Positions 1 through 11,297 of a stretch of 32,399 nucleotides of DNA are shown here, piece by piece (the first letter of the stretch is position 1; every line of letters starts with the position of its first letter). The notes under the pieces were generated by a model. It saw only the letters and a program-made list of their open reading frames with translations, had not been told where the DNA came from and ran no database searches. The DNA is taken from positions 1 through 32,399 of the forward strand of contig CAJFCJ010000198.1 in the NCBI GenBank assembly GCA_904063045.1, given 5' to 3'. The translations under genes were made by a program, and so were the position numbers. This stretch comes from Dimorphilus gyrociliatus (lineage: Eukaryota > Animalia > Annelida).

Positions 1-750
1 CACAGGTTGATTTTTCGTAACGTTTTGCTGCTTTTAGCAATACATCCACATTTAAAGTGTGTTAATTTTCCTGCAAAAGCTACGATACAATCTGTTTTGA
101 CTGTAACATCAAATTCATTTAAAACAGTTTCTTTACTTAAGTCCAGAGGATGGAATAAGGATTCATCATAACCTTTAATAAAATCATACGTTTATTGCTC
201 GGCACTTTATACAGTTGTGCTGTTTCAGCATCTACTTGTTTAGAGATGGTAATATATCATCTTAGCATTAGCCACCCTTCTATAGCAAAACTATGGTATC
301 TGTCATCTTTTACAAAGCCTTTTAAATCCGTACATGGGCAGTAATAACATATGGCACACCTGTTAACATAGCAGCATAAGGTGTAATCCATAAATGCTGT
401 GCATGGATAATATCTGGTTTAAAAGTATCTACTTCCTCTTGAACCACTTCTATATATTTATCCATGTAAGTCTTCATTTGATCATCTGATAATTCATAAT
501 AAGTTGTATTATTCTTGGATGGGTTGTAAAACATGGAAAATTGAAATCCACTTCAGGCTTTACTGTATTTGGTCCCTTAAACTTAATGACTCTTGATTCA
601 AATCCTTTATATGTCTTGTCTTCGTGTTCTGGATAAATGATTTTAACCTTATGGCAAAACTTACTAAAGCCTTTGCCAAATTTTTGGTGTACACGCCACT
701 ACAGTCCCTCCAATGGAAAATGATTATAACAAAATCTTCACACTCATCAT
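1..750 (-). CDS. GT4 glycosyltransferase copy 1, 5' part only (runs off the window edge); apparent frameshifts are 1-bp deletions
   Basis: Matches 6656-7415 except for many single-base deletions, mostly in homopolymers; ORF 322..534 matches the middle of the intact protein. Confidence 0.8.
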
Positions 751-1245
751 CCTTACTTGTAATTTATGAGAAATTTCTTGCTATAACAATAGAAACTTGT
801 TATAAAGTAGTCAGCATAAATATGCTACAAAGTAAATTTTGATAGTCAATATTAAAAGTCTTTTTCTTTGCACACATACATTTGTCAACTATAATCTCAC
901 AATAGAGAAGTAGTATTGAGCCAGGATTGTACTATTCAAAAGAGTTTTGTGGCATTGTGTGGTAATTATATAAGATTTGTTAAAGATTTTTCAAAAATCA
1001 TTAAACTAGGATAAAAGTTGTTCCCTGCTAGCTGACTGTTGCTGAACATTTGTTTCTTTTGCTCCTAACACTGCATAGCCAGAATGTTGTCTTTTTTCTT
1101 TTCTTTTAAAGAAAAAATATGTGCTACAATATGGAAAATCTTTTACTGGAGGAGAAACCTGTGTATATCTGTATGATCAGAATCAGAATCAAGTTTTTTT
1201 CTTTCAAATTATTATCATAACTCCATATATCATATATTTTCTTCA

Positions 1246-2747
1246 GGGTCAGGTGCAAACGTACTGGGTGCGAATGTACCAAGGCAGGTGTGAACATACC
1301 AGGTACATTCCCACCCTTTTCCTCTTTCTTTTATTTATTGATTTTTCATCAAATGGTTTTGTTAATAATAGATATATATGTATATACTCAGACTGTAAAA
1401 GTAATATTTTATCAATGTGAAGTATTATTTAAAAATATTAAATATTGTTGAAAAGTGAAATGGCAGGAAGTTCAATAGTGAAGGTGGTGAAATAAACTTT
1501 CACTTTGGACAGCATATACTTTCAAAGGTAAGCTGTATGTCCTGAATAAATTTGGACAAAGTGCTCTTTGTAGATTTTGAACAGGTAAATATTTAAAGCT
1601 TTTTAACTAGATTTTGATGCAAAATATTACAATTTAATATATTTTCTTTAATAACAAATTATTTCAATATTTGCTATAAACAAAATTTCAGCCATTTTGA
1701 ATATTTGGAAAGGAAGTGATTTTTTTAATATCAAGTGAATTTGTTTCTGTTGAAACAACATGGTTTCAAAGTGCAACAATTGTGATTCAAAAATTTATGG
1801 AAGGCAAAAATATTTGAAATGCTGCCTTTGTGAGAATCTTATCCATAGAAAATGTTCAGGTACATCAGTTTTCAAATATGATTTAGGCAACTATCTTTTC
1901 TTAACACATTGACACAGAAACACCTAGCATACCTGTTTGCACAAGATGTAACAAAGAAAATGTACTGTTAGCCTTAAGAAGTTAACAAATCTGGAAATTG
2001 ATCAATACAAAGAAAGTAATAAGACTTCAATGATAACAGAAGTGATCCTGCTGAGGTTAAAGATTCAACATTTGATTATGAAAGTCCTCGGCAATCAGAA
2101 AACCAATCAATGGATGTAGAAGGAACTGATGAAAATACAGAAGATGAAAATGACTCAATCAGGAGGAATGATTTTGAGATTGTACAAGGAGGAAGCAGAA
2201 AAGGACATGACATTTTATTGAATGATGGATATTCTTTTGTTGTTAAACATAAAACACTTACAACAACAATTTGGGTATGCAGTGTGAGAAGTAAGAAAAA
2301 AGATGTGTAGCTAGAATAAGACAAAATGGAAGTATATTTATTAAAGGCAATCTGGAACATAATCACAACAGAAAACCTAATTTGGAAGTAGATGTTAAAG
2401 TAAAAACTGATGTAAAAACTATTTGCAAAAGTGATAACAAAGCATCTGGAAGAAGCATTGCTGAAAAATTTCTATTATCATATGAACCTAATGCTAAATG
2501 TCTTCCTGATATCAATTACTTAAAAAGGATGGCAAACTCAAACAGACAAAAATTCAGGCCAGTTGAACCAAAAGTGTATAATTTCAACTTGAACACAACT
2601 TTTTTACCTGATGAATTTCTCCAGAAAGACATTTGTGAAAATGGAGAAAGAATCTTAATTTTTGCAACAAACCATCAGCTGAACTTATTATCCAAATCCA
2701 ACTACTGGTATATTGATGGTACTTTCCAAATTGTTAAGGATCCATTC
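1246..2747 (+). mobile_element. 5' half of a MULE (TIR remnant plus PHD-FLYWCH-partial DDE), copy 1, indel-rich
   Basis: Same sequence as 7920-9431. ORFs 2110..2310 and 2382..2819 carry the FLYWCH-like GYSFVVK...WVCS segment and YWYIDGTF. Confidence 0.85.
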
Positions 2748-3015
2748 TGGTTACTTTTCAATTTTGATGGCTATTCTACCTTCCAAATCAATGTATTGTG
2801 GCTTCATTTGAATTGTTGAATTCAATTTTTCAGGTGTATCAAAGTTGTTACATCTGTTCCAATACCATATTGTGAACACTCACTGTTTGTTTGTTTTAAT
2901 TAATTCATTATGGGTGTGTTATTATGGTTGTATTTAAATATACTTTGTGAATAAAATTGTAATTATTTTATCATATTATTAGTTGATTCTTTTAGATTTA
3001 GATATATAAAACTAG

Positions 3016-3225
3016 GTCATCATCCATTGATTGGAAGAGTTTTGTCTTAAAAAATACTTTTATATATGCCCCATATTGGCTTCAATAATGTTGAAGTCTG
3101 GGCAGTTAGCTGGCCATGAATGCAATGTTTCAACTTTCTTTCTCTTTAGGTATTCCTTTGCTCTGGCTGCTGTATGACAGCTGGGCCCATCGTGTTGGAA
3201 AATTTTCCCTCTATAATAATTGAAT
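3016..3225 (-). mobile_element. Tc1-like transposase catalytic fragment (DD35E), copy 1
   Basis: Same as 9700-9910: KIFQHDGPSCHTA...WPANCPDFNIIE. Confidence 0.8.
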
Positions 3226-3230
3226 GCAAA

Positions 3231-3680
3231 TATAGGCAAAAAGTCCCAGCCACCTTGTAAAATTTTTTGTTTTGATATTAAGCTATGCTGAATAGCTACT
3301 TTGAATTGGTAATAATAATGATTAATATGTATAAACTAATGTCCTTTACGAAAAATGATCAAAAAATTGTTTTTCTTTTATAAAATCCTGTTTTAGTAAA
3401 TACATCTCGAAAAAAGGGGTTAGTTAAAAATGAGTCACCATCTATTTAATCAAAAAAAGGGGGTTAAGCTGCATAAATCAAATAGGAAAGTATTTTATTA
3501 TAATTATATCTTTGGTTTTTCAAAAAAATAATGGTCATTGATAAAAAATTTGTTATTTGGTTGTTGAAAAATGCCAAGAAGGGCTATCATTGAACAAAAT
3601 TACCAAAATGTTTACAATTTCTAGCTTCAGTGCCCAATATATCTGGAAAATGTTTCAATTGCATCATACAATTGAAGATT
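3231..3680 (+). mobile_element. Tc1-like 5' end (TIR, leader and first ~45 codons), copy 1, joined to LRR sequence
   Basis: Reverse complement of ~20673-21125. Homology to the Tc1 ORF ends at ...HHTIEDL. Confidence 0.88.
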
Positions 3681-4810
3681 TGAAAGTTGGCCTATCATTA
3701 ATTTTTAAACAACTACTCATTTCATCAAATTCATTACAAAAGATCAATTTATGTTATTGTGATTTAGGCAAGAACAACTGTGAAACTCTATCAAATCTGC
3801 TTTCAAACTGTTCAAAAATTGAAAAAGTTAATTTAAGTTGGAATCCAAATGTTGAACACTTTTTACCTAAAATTTGCCAAGCACTTTTAATATCGTCAAT
3901 TGGACTCAAAGCTATAAACTTTTGCAATTGTAATTTGGATGGGAATAGTATTAAGAATGTTGCAGATTTATTAAAGAAATGTTGTTCTTTACAAAAAGTT
4001 GACTTTTCATTGAATAAAGATTTAAAAGACAGCTTGCCTACTATTTTGGATGGACTCTACAATTGTTGTAATACTCTAGCAGAAATTTATTTAAAAAGTT
4101 GTCTTTTAAATGGAAGTATGGCCAGAGAAATTGGTAATTTTTTAAATAACTGCCATAAAATTGAAAAGATCAATTTATCATTTAATGACAATATGGAAAA
4201 TGGATTTTTTTATATATGTAAACATCTACACAACTCTTCAAATACTCTAAAAGAAAATACAACAATATCAGAACAAATATTAAGGAATATTGCTGACACA
4301 TTAAAATCAGTGAAACAGCTGATAAAGATTGATTTCAAAGGCTGCAATTTAGAAGAGGAACAATGTAGAAAGATTGGAAAGCTTTTCTAAAGTTGCTCTA
4401 AAATAGACACAATCAACTTGGCATGGAATGTTCAGATGGGAGAAGGATTATTTAACATTTGTAAAGGACTCATCCAATCGTCAAGCTGTTTAAAAGAGAT
4501 AAATTTCGGCTGTTGTAATTTAAACAATGGGCAATGTAGACATATTGGAAACCTTTTTAAAGAATGCGCCAAGCTAGAGACAATCTACCTGACAGGAAAT
4601 CATACAACAGGCAATGGACTATTCTATATTTGTGCACAACTTCTTCATTTGTCAAATACTTTAAAATGCCTCAACTTTACAGAATGTAATTTGAGCGAAG
4701 ACCAGTCTAAAATAATAATTAACTTGTTTAAACACTGTTCAAAACTTAAAAGAATTTCTCTGGAACGGATATGGCATTGCGGAAGTGATCTTTTTGAACT
4801 AAGCAAATAG
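3681..4810 (+). pseudogene. RNI-like/NLR-type leucine-rich-repeat gene fragment with one in-frame nonsense codon (TAA 4388-4390), copy 1
   Basis: ORFs 3557..4390 and 4418..4810 are in the same frame. Alternating ~28-aa LRRs (e.g. LQKINLCYCDL / IEKVNLSWN / LKAINFCNCNL / LQKVDFSLN). No native N-terminus. Confidence 0.85.
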
Positions 4811-4894
4811 GTTGTTTAATTACACTGCTCTTAAATATTTTAATTATTCTTCTAATATTCCTGGTGATTGTTTAAAATAGTTTAGAACTAGAAA

Positions 4895-6194
4895 CTCATT
4901 TACTCAATAGATATTCTTTAAACAAAATACTGGCATTTTGTTGATTAATTTCTACTGAAATTACATTTCTTAAGACTACTTGTGGACGAATTTGAAAGGT
5001 TCTATTTGTGTGAGTACTTTGGTGCATTGATAAATGATTGGAAAGGACGAATACTGTTCTGAAGAAGGAGAAATTCCTACAATTACAATACAACAAAGTA
5101 CAATTTTGTTCAATAATTTATGAAATTGATATCAATCATCCAAGGAGTTACATTATAGAGGGGAGTAGGAATCTTGTCAAAATTTTCTTTTTAGCATCTT
5201 TTGATAAATATTGAATTCATAATATTCAAAAAACACTATTTGAAAACAGACCTAATCCTCAGTCTAGGCCTAGCATACTCTAAAAGTAATCAAAGTGCTA
5301 ATTTTCCAAAATCACTAGAAATATTGTTCCTACCCCTGCAACGAGTCACATGTGATAAGGAGAAGTGGAAAATGAAGAAAACTGAAAGTGAGAAAATGTT
5401 TTAAAAAGATATTTTGTGTGCAGTTTTTATTGAATCTAAACAATTTATGCTGTATATATAAGAGAGAGGTTGAAATGTGAACAGAGAGTGACAAGCATCT
5501 CTCACAAAATAATAAAAACAAACAGAAAAATACTTTTACAATAGATTTAAGTGTTTTAAAAAGTAAGAAAACTACTTTTTTATACTAACTGCCAAGCTAC
5601 AACTTTTTCAACAGCTATACATGATTGTTACAATTGTGCTATTGCAATACCATTAGACTGTAAAATAGAAATGGATATCTAAAGTCCAAGTATTGATAAT
5701 TCACTATATCTAAGTGCACAAAAATTCTAAAAATATGTTTGTTAAAAGGCTGCGTTGGTCTTTAAAATGGTGGAAAATGCCAAATTATTAAAAATTCCAT
5801 TGTTTAGTGGTAATAATTGAATAATGAATTACAGAGCAATCGAACAATTTCTGTCATTATTGAAAAGTTTTTATACACATTTAAATTGCCTCATGAATTA
5901 AATTATTAATTCAAAATGTAAATTAATCAATGAAAACATATCAAAAATCCTTTAGAATATTGGTTCAGTTATAAACATCACTGGTTGTACTTTGTTGTTT
6001 TGAAATTGGAGGAATTTCTGGTTTCTTACAACTGTAAGCATTCTTTCCAATCATTTGCCAATTTGCCAAAGTACTCACACAAATAGAACCTTTAGAATTC
6101 GTCCACAAATAGTCTTAGCAAATGTAATTTTGGTAGAAATTAATCAGCAAAACACAAGTATTTCATTTAAAGAATATGTATTGAGTAAAATGAG
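4895..6194. repeat. Diverged inverted repeat pair, arms 4895-5103 and 5985-6194 with a ~880-bp spacer
   Basis: Hand alignment gives ~33 mismatches and 1 gap over ~210 bp (~84%). Shared core aaaggttctatttgtgtgagtactttgg. Confidence 0.85.
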
Positions 6195-6209
6195 CAATTA
6201 CCTACAGTA

Positions 6210-7415
6210 TTACATACATAAAATTTCTTTATATAATGTTTCTACAGCTTTGATTGAATGTTCTAATGAGAAACCCTTTACTGCATATTCAGCACAGTAG
6301 GCACGTCTAGCTGCTTTATCGCTGTGTTTAAGTTCTTCCATAATGGCATCAGCCAGTTCTAAATCATCTTCTACTTGAACCAGACGACCTACTTTGCTAT
6401 CAATAAAATCTGGTAAACCACCTTGGTTAGTACCCACTACAGGTGTGCCACAAGCAAGGGCTTCAATTGCTACTAGACCAAATGGTTCTGTACGAGAAGG
6501 CACAACACTTACATCTGCAATATTGTACATTTTAACTAATGTCTCTTGATTAACGTGACCTAAGAAGTATACATGTTCAAGGTCTAAATCTTCTTTCATA
6601 CGCTTTAACACACCATAGAGTTCACCATTACCTGCAATAATTGTCATTACTTTACCACAGGTTGATTTTTCGTAACGTTTTGCTGCTTTTAGCAATACAT
6701 CCACACCTTTAAAGTGTGTTAATTTTCCTGCAAAAGCTACGATACAATCTGTTTTGACTGTAACATCAAATTCATTTAAAACAGTTTCTTTACTTAAGTC
6801 CAGAGGATGGAATAAGGATTCATCATAACCATTTAATAAAATCATACGTTTATTGCTCGGCACTTTATACAGTTGTGCTGTTTCAGCATCTACTTGTTTA
6901 GAGATGGTAATAATCATCTTAGCATTAGCCACCCCTTCTATAGCAAAACTATGGTATCTGTCATCTTTTACAAAGCCTTTTAAATCCGTACCATGGGCAG
7001 TAATAACATATGGCACACCTGTTAACATAGCAGCATAAGGTGTAATCCATAAATGCTGTGCATGGATAATATCTGGTTTAAAAGTATCTACTTCCTCTTG
7101 AACCACTTCTATATATTTATCCATGTAAGTCTTCATTTGATCATCTGATAATTCATAATAAGTTGTATTACTTCTTGGATGGGTTGTAAAACATGGAAAA
7201 TTGAAATCCACTTCAGGCTTTACTGTATTTGGTCCCTTAAACTTAATGACTCTTGATTCAAATCCTTTATATGTCTTGTCTTCGTGTTCTGGATAAATGA
7301 TTTTAACCTTATGGCCAAAACTTACTAAAGCCTTTGCCAAATTTTTGGTGTACACGCCACTACCAGTCCCCTCCAATGGAAAATGATTAACTAACAAAAT
7401 CTTCACACTCATCAT
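6210..7415 (-). CDS. GT-B fold family 4 (GT4) glycosyltransferase, 401 aa, intronless, bacterial type (BshA/RfaB-like group)
   Basis: N-terminal KILLVNHFPLEGTGSGVYTKNLAKAL (Gly-rich acceptor-domain loop); DIIHAQH; VITAHGTDL (cf. BshA TLHGTD); FAGKLTHFKG; EX7E motif EPFGLVAIE; PVVGTNQGGLPD. Confidence 0.93.
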   Translation of the reverse strand: MMSVKILLVNHFPLEGTGSGVYTKNLAKALVSFGHKVKIIYPEHEDKTYKGFESRVIKFKGPNTVKPEVDFNFPCFTTHPRSNTTYYELSDDQMKTYMDKYIEVVQEEVDTFKPDIIHAQHLWITPYAAMLTGVPYVITAHGTDLKGFVKDDRYHSFAIEGVANAKMIITISKQVDAETAQLYKVPSNKRMILLNGYDESLFHPLDLSKETVLNEFDVTVKTDCIVAFAGKLTHFKGVDVLLKAAKRYEKSTCGKVMTIIAGNGELYGVLKRMKEDLDLEHVYFLGHVNQETLVKMYNIADVSVVPSRTEPFGLVAIEALACGTPVVGTNQGGLPDFIDSKVGRLVQVEDDLELADAIMEELKHSDKAARRAYCAEYAVKGFSLEHSIKAVETLYKEILCM

Positions 7416-7919
7416 CCCTTACTTGTAATTTATGAGAAATTTCTTGCTATAACAATAGAAACTTGTTATAAAAGTAGTCAGCATAAATATGCTACAAAGT
7501 AAATTTTGATAGTCCAAATATTAAAAGTCTTTTTCTTTGCACACATACATTTGTCAACTATAATCTCACAATAGAGAAGTAGTATTGAGCCAGGATTGTA
7601 CTATTCAAAAGAGTTTTGTGGCATTGTGTGGTAATTATATAAGATTTGATAAAGATTTTTCAAAAATCATTAAACTAGGATAAAAGTTGTTCCCCTGCTA
7701 GCTGACTGTTGCTGAACATTTGTTTCTTTTGCTCCTAACACTGCATAGCCAGAATGTTGTCTTTTTTCTTTTTTCTTTTAAAGAAAAAAATATGTGCTAC
7801 AATATGGAAAAATCTTTTACTGGAGGAGAAACCTGTGTATATCTGTATGATCAGAATCAGAATCAAGTTTTTTTCTTTCAAATTATTATCATAACTCCAT
7901 ATATCATATATTTTCTTCA

Positions 7920-9431
7920 GGGTCAGGTGCAAACGTACCTGGGTGCGAATGTACCCAAGGCAGGTGTGAACATACCCAGGTACATTCCCACCCTCTTTCC
8001 TCTTTCTTTTATTTATTGATTTTTCATCAAATGGTTTTGTTAATAATAGATATATATGTATATACTCAGACTGTAAAAAGTAATATTTTATCAATGTGAA
8101 GTATTATTAAAAATATTAAATATTGTTGAAAAGTGAAATGGCAGGAAGTTCAATAGTGAAGGTGGTTGAAATAAACTTTCACTTTGGACAGCATATACTT
8201 TCAAAGGTAAGCTGTATGTCCTGAATAAATTTGGACAAAGTGCTTCTTTGTAGATTTTGAACAGGTAAATATTTAAAGCTTTTTAACTAGATTTTTGATG
8301 CAAAATATTACAATTTAATATATTTTCTTTAATAACAAATTATTTCAATATTTGCTATAAACAAAATTTCAGCCATTTTGAATATTTGGAAAGGACAGTG
8401 ATTTTTTAATAATCAAGTGAATTTGTTCTGTTGAAACAACATGGTTTCAAAGTGCAACAATTGTGATTCAAAAATTTATGGAAGGCAAAAATATTTGAAA
8501 TGCTGCCTTTGTGAGAATCTTATCCATAGAAAATGTTCAGGTACATCAGTTTTCAATTATGATTTAGGCAACTATCTTTTCTTAACACATTGACACAGAA
8601 ACACCTAGCATACCTGTTTGCACAAGATGTAACAAAAGAAAATGTACTGTTAGCCTTAAGAAGTTAACAAATCTGGAAATTGATCAATACAAAGAAAGTA
8701 ATAAGGACTTCAATGATAACAGAAGTGATCCTGCTGAGGTTAAAGATTCAACATTTGATTATGAAAGTCCTCGGCAATCAGAAAACCAATCAATGGATGT
8801 AGAAGGAACTGATGAAAATACAGAAGATGAAAATGACTCAATCAGGAGGAATGATTTTGAGATTGTACAAGGAGGAAGCAGAAAAGGACATGACATTTTA
8901 TTGAATGATGGATATTCTTTTGTTGTTAAACATAAAACACTTACAACAACAATTTGGGTATGCAGTGTGAGAAGTAAGAAAAAAAGATGTGTAGCTAGAA
9001 TAAGACAAAATGGAAGTATATTTATTAAAGGCAATCTGGAACATAATCACAACAGAAAACCTAATTTGGAAGTAGATGTTAAAGTAAAAACTGATGTAAA
9101 AACTATTTGCAAAAGTGATAACAAAGCATCTGGAAGAAGCATTGCTGAAAAATTTCTATTATCATATGAACCTAATGCTAAATGTCTTCCTGATATCAAT
9201 TACTTAAAAAGGATGGCAAACTCAAACAGACAAAAATTCAGGCCAGTTGAACCAAAAGTGTATAATTTCAACTTGAACACAACTTTTTTACCTGATGAAT
9301 TTCTCCAGAAAGACATTTGTGAAAATGGAGAAAGAATCTTAATTTTTGCAACAAACCATCAGCTGAACTTATTATCCAAATCCAACTACTGGTATATTGA
9401 TGGTACTTTCCAAATTGTTAAGGATCCATTC
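7920..9431 (+). mobile_element. 5' half of a MULE: TIR remnant 7920-~7995 and transposase exons 8441-8540 and 8599-9431 (PHD, FLYWCH, first catalytic Asp), truncated after KDPF
   Basis: Spliced MVSKCNNCDSKIYGRQKYLKCCLCENLIHRKCS/ETPSIPVCTRC. Colinear with the intact MULE up to WYIDGTFQIVKDPF, then unrelated sequence. End-to-ATG distance is 521 bp versus 529 bp in the intact element. Confidence 0.88.
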
Positions 9432-9699
9432 TGGTTACTTTTCAATTTTGATGGCTATTCTACCTTCCAAATCAATGTATTGTGGCTTCATTTGAATTGT
9501 TGAATTCAATTTTTCAGGTGTATCAAAGTTGTTACATCTGTTCCAATACCATATTGTGAACACTCACTGTTTGTTTGTTTTAATTAATTCATTATGGGTG
9601 TGTTATTATGGTTGTATTTAAATATACTTTGTGAATAAAATTGTAATTATTTTATCATATTATTAGTTGATTCTTTTAGATTTAGATATATAAAACTAG

Positions 9700-9910
9700 G
9701 TCATCATCCATTGATTGGAAGAGTTTTGTCTTAAAAAATACTTTTATATATGCCCCATATTGGCTTCAATAATGTTGAAGTCTGGGCAGTTAGCTGGCCA
9801 TGAATGCAATGTTTCAACTTTCTTTCTCTTTAGGTATTCCTTTGCTCTGGCTGCTGTATGACAGCTGGGCCCATCGTGTTGGAAAATTTTCCCTCTATAA
9901 TAATTGAATG
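9700..9910 (-). mobile_element. Tc1-like transposase catalytic fragment (DD35E), copy 2
   Basis: ORF 9744..9938: FQHDGPSCHTAARAKEYLKRKKVETLHSWPANCPDFNIIE; 35 residues between D and E. Confidence 0.82.
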
Positions 9911-9914
9911 CAAA

Positions 9915-10365
9915 TATAGGCAAAAAGTCCCCAGCCACCTTGTAAAATTTTTTGTTTTGATATTAAGCTATGCTGAATAGCTACTTTGAATTGGTAATAA
10001 TAATGATTAATATGTATAAACTAATGTCCTTTACGAAAAATGATCAAAAAATTGTTTTTCTTTTATAAAATCCTGTTTTAGTAAATACATCTCGAAAAAA
10101 GGGGTTAGTTAAAAATGAGTCACCATCTATTTAATCAAAAAAAGGGGGTTAAGCTGCATAAATCAAATAGGAAAGTATTTTATTATAATTATATCTTTGG
10201 TTTTTCAAAAAAATAATGGTCATTGATAAAAAATTTGTTATTTGGTTGTTGAAAAATGCCAAGAAGGGCTATCATTGAACAAAATTACCAAAATGTTTAC
10301 AATTTCTAGCTTCAGTGCCCAATATATCTGGAAAATGTTTCAATTGCATCATACAATTGAAGATT
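9915..10365 (+). mobile_element. Tc1-like 5' end joined to LRR sequence, copy 2
   Basis: Same as 3231-3680; homologous to the end of the element at 19532-21128. Confidence 0.88.
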
Positions 10366-10972
10366 TGAAAGTTGGCCTATCATTAATTTTTAAACAACTA
10401 CTCATTTCATCAAATTCATTACAAAAGATCAATTTATGTTATTGTGATTTAGGCAAGAACAACTGTGAAACTCTATCAAATCTGCTTTCAAACTGTTCAA
10501 AAATTGAAAAAGTTAATTTAAGTTGGAATCCAAATGTTGAACACTTTTTACCTAAAATTTGCCAAGCACTTTTAATATCGTCAATTGGACTCAAAGCTAT
10601 AAACTTTTGCAATTGTAATTTGGATGGGAATAGTATTAAGAATGTTGCAGATTTATTAAAGAAATGTTGTTCTTTACAAAAAGTTGACTTTTCATTGAAT
10701 AAAGATTTAAAAGACAGCTTGCCTACTATTTTGGATGGACTCTACAATTGTTGTAATACTCTAGCAGAAATTTATTTAAAAAGTTGTCTTTTAAATGGAA
10801 GTATGGCCAGAGAAATTGGTAATTTTTTAAATAACTGCCATAAAATTGAAAAGATCAATTTATCATTTAATGACAATATGGAAAATGGATTTTTTTATAT
10901 ATGTAAACATCTACACAACTCTTCAAATACTCTAAAAGAAAATACAACAATATCAGAACAAATATTAAGGAA

Positions 10973-11100
10973 GAGTATGGGAAAAAACGTCCTTGGGAAA
11001 AAACGTCCCTGGGAAAAAACGTCCCAGGGTGGGAAAAAACGTCCCAGTGTGGGAAAAAACGTCCCAAGGTTAGGAAAAAATGTCCCAAGGTTGGGAAAAA
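10973..11100 (+). repeat. Left TIR: 5 perfect and 2 degenerate copies of GGGAAAAAACGTCC
   Basis: Repeat starts at about 10979, 10995, 11011, 11031, 11051, 11072 and 11093. Confidence 0.92.
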
Positions 11101-11297
11101 CAAGTAGTGGGAAAAGATATTTGAATTTTAAAAAAGATTGCTCTATTTTGGGAACCAATGGCAATATACTGAGAATATAATAATTAATAATGAATATATG
11201 TTTATTAAAATGTATTAAAAATGAAAAAAGCTAAGAATGTTATACAAAGTTTAAAAGTTACTAGAATAAAGTATAAAGTATGTTAAGACACTGAGAA

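Noticed and set aside
1-750. GT copy 1 as a true pseudogene
   Set aside because: The lesions are 1-bp deletions shared in style with all surrounding sequence at the window start, and are more likely consensus errors.
7530-7557. Sigma70 promoter for the GT from a TTGACA on the minus strand
   Set aside because: There is no -10 hexamer at 16-18 bp spacing.
8759-9034. Antisense ORFs over the MULE, GT and Tc1 sequences (e.g. 2076..2366, 6853..7038, 12564..12767, 20208..20456, 24790..25080)
   Set aside because: They are shadow frames of recognised genes and have no motifs of their own.
10979-11100. CRISPR-like array of short direct repeats
   Set aside because: The units are 14 bp with 2-8-bp linkers, mirrored at 13710-13819, and form transposon TIRs. 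There are no unique spacers or cas genes, and the context is eukaryotic.
10867-11164. Minus-strand ORFs with FFPxLG repeats
   Set aside because: These are translations of the TIR tandem repeats.
10242-11180. 312-aa LRR protein with a novel basic C-terminal repeat tail
   Set aside because: The tail is read-through into the MULE left TIR; nothing suggests function.
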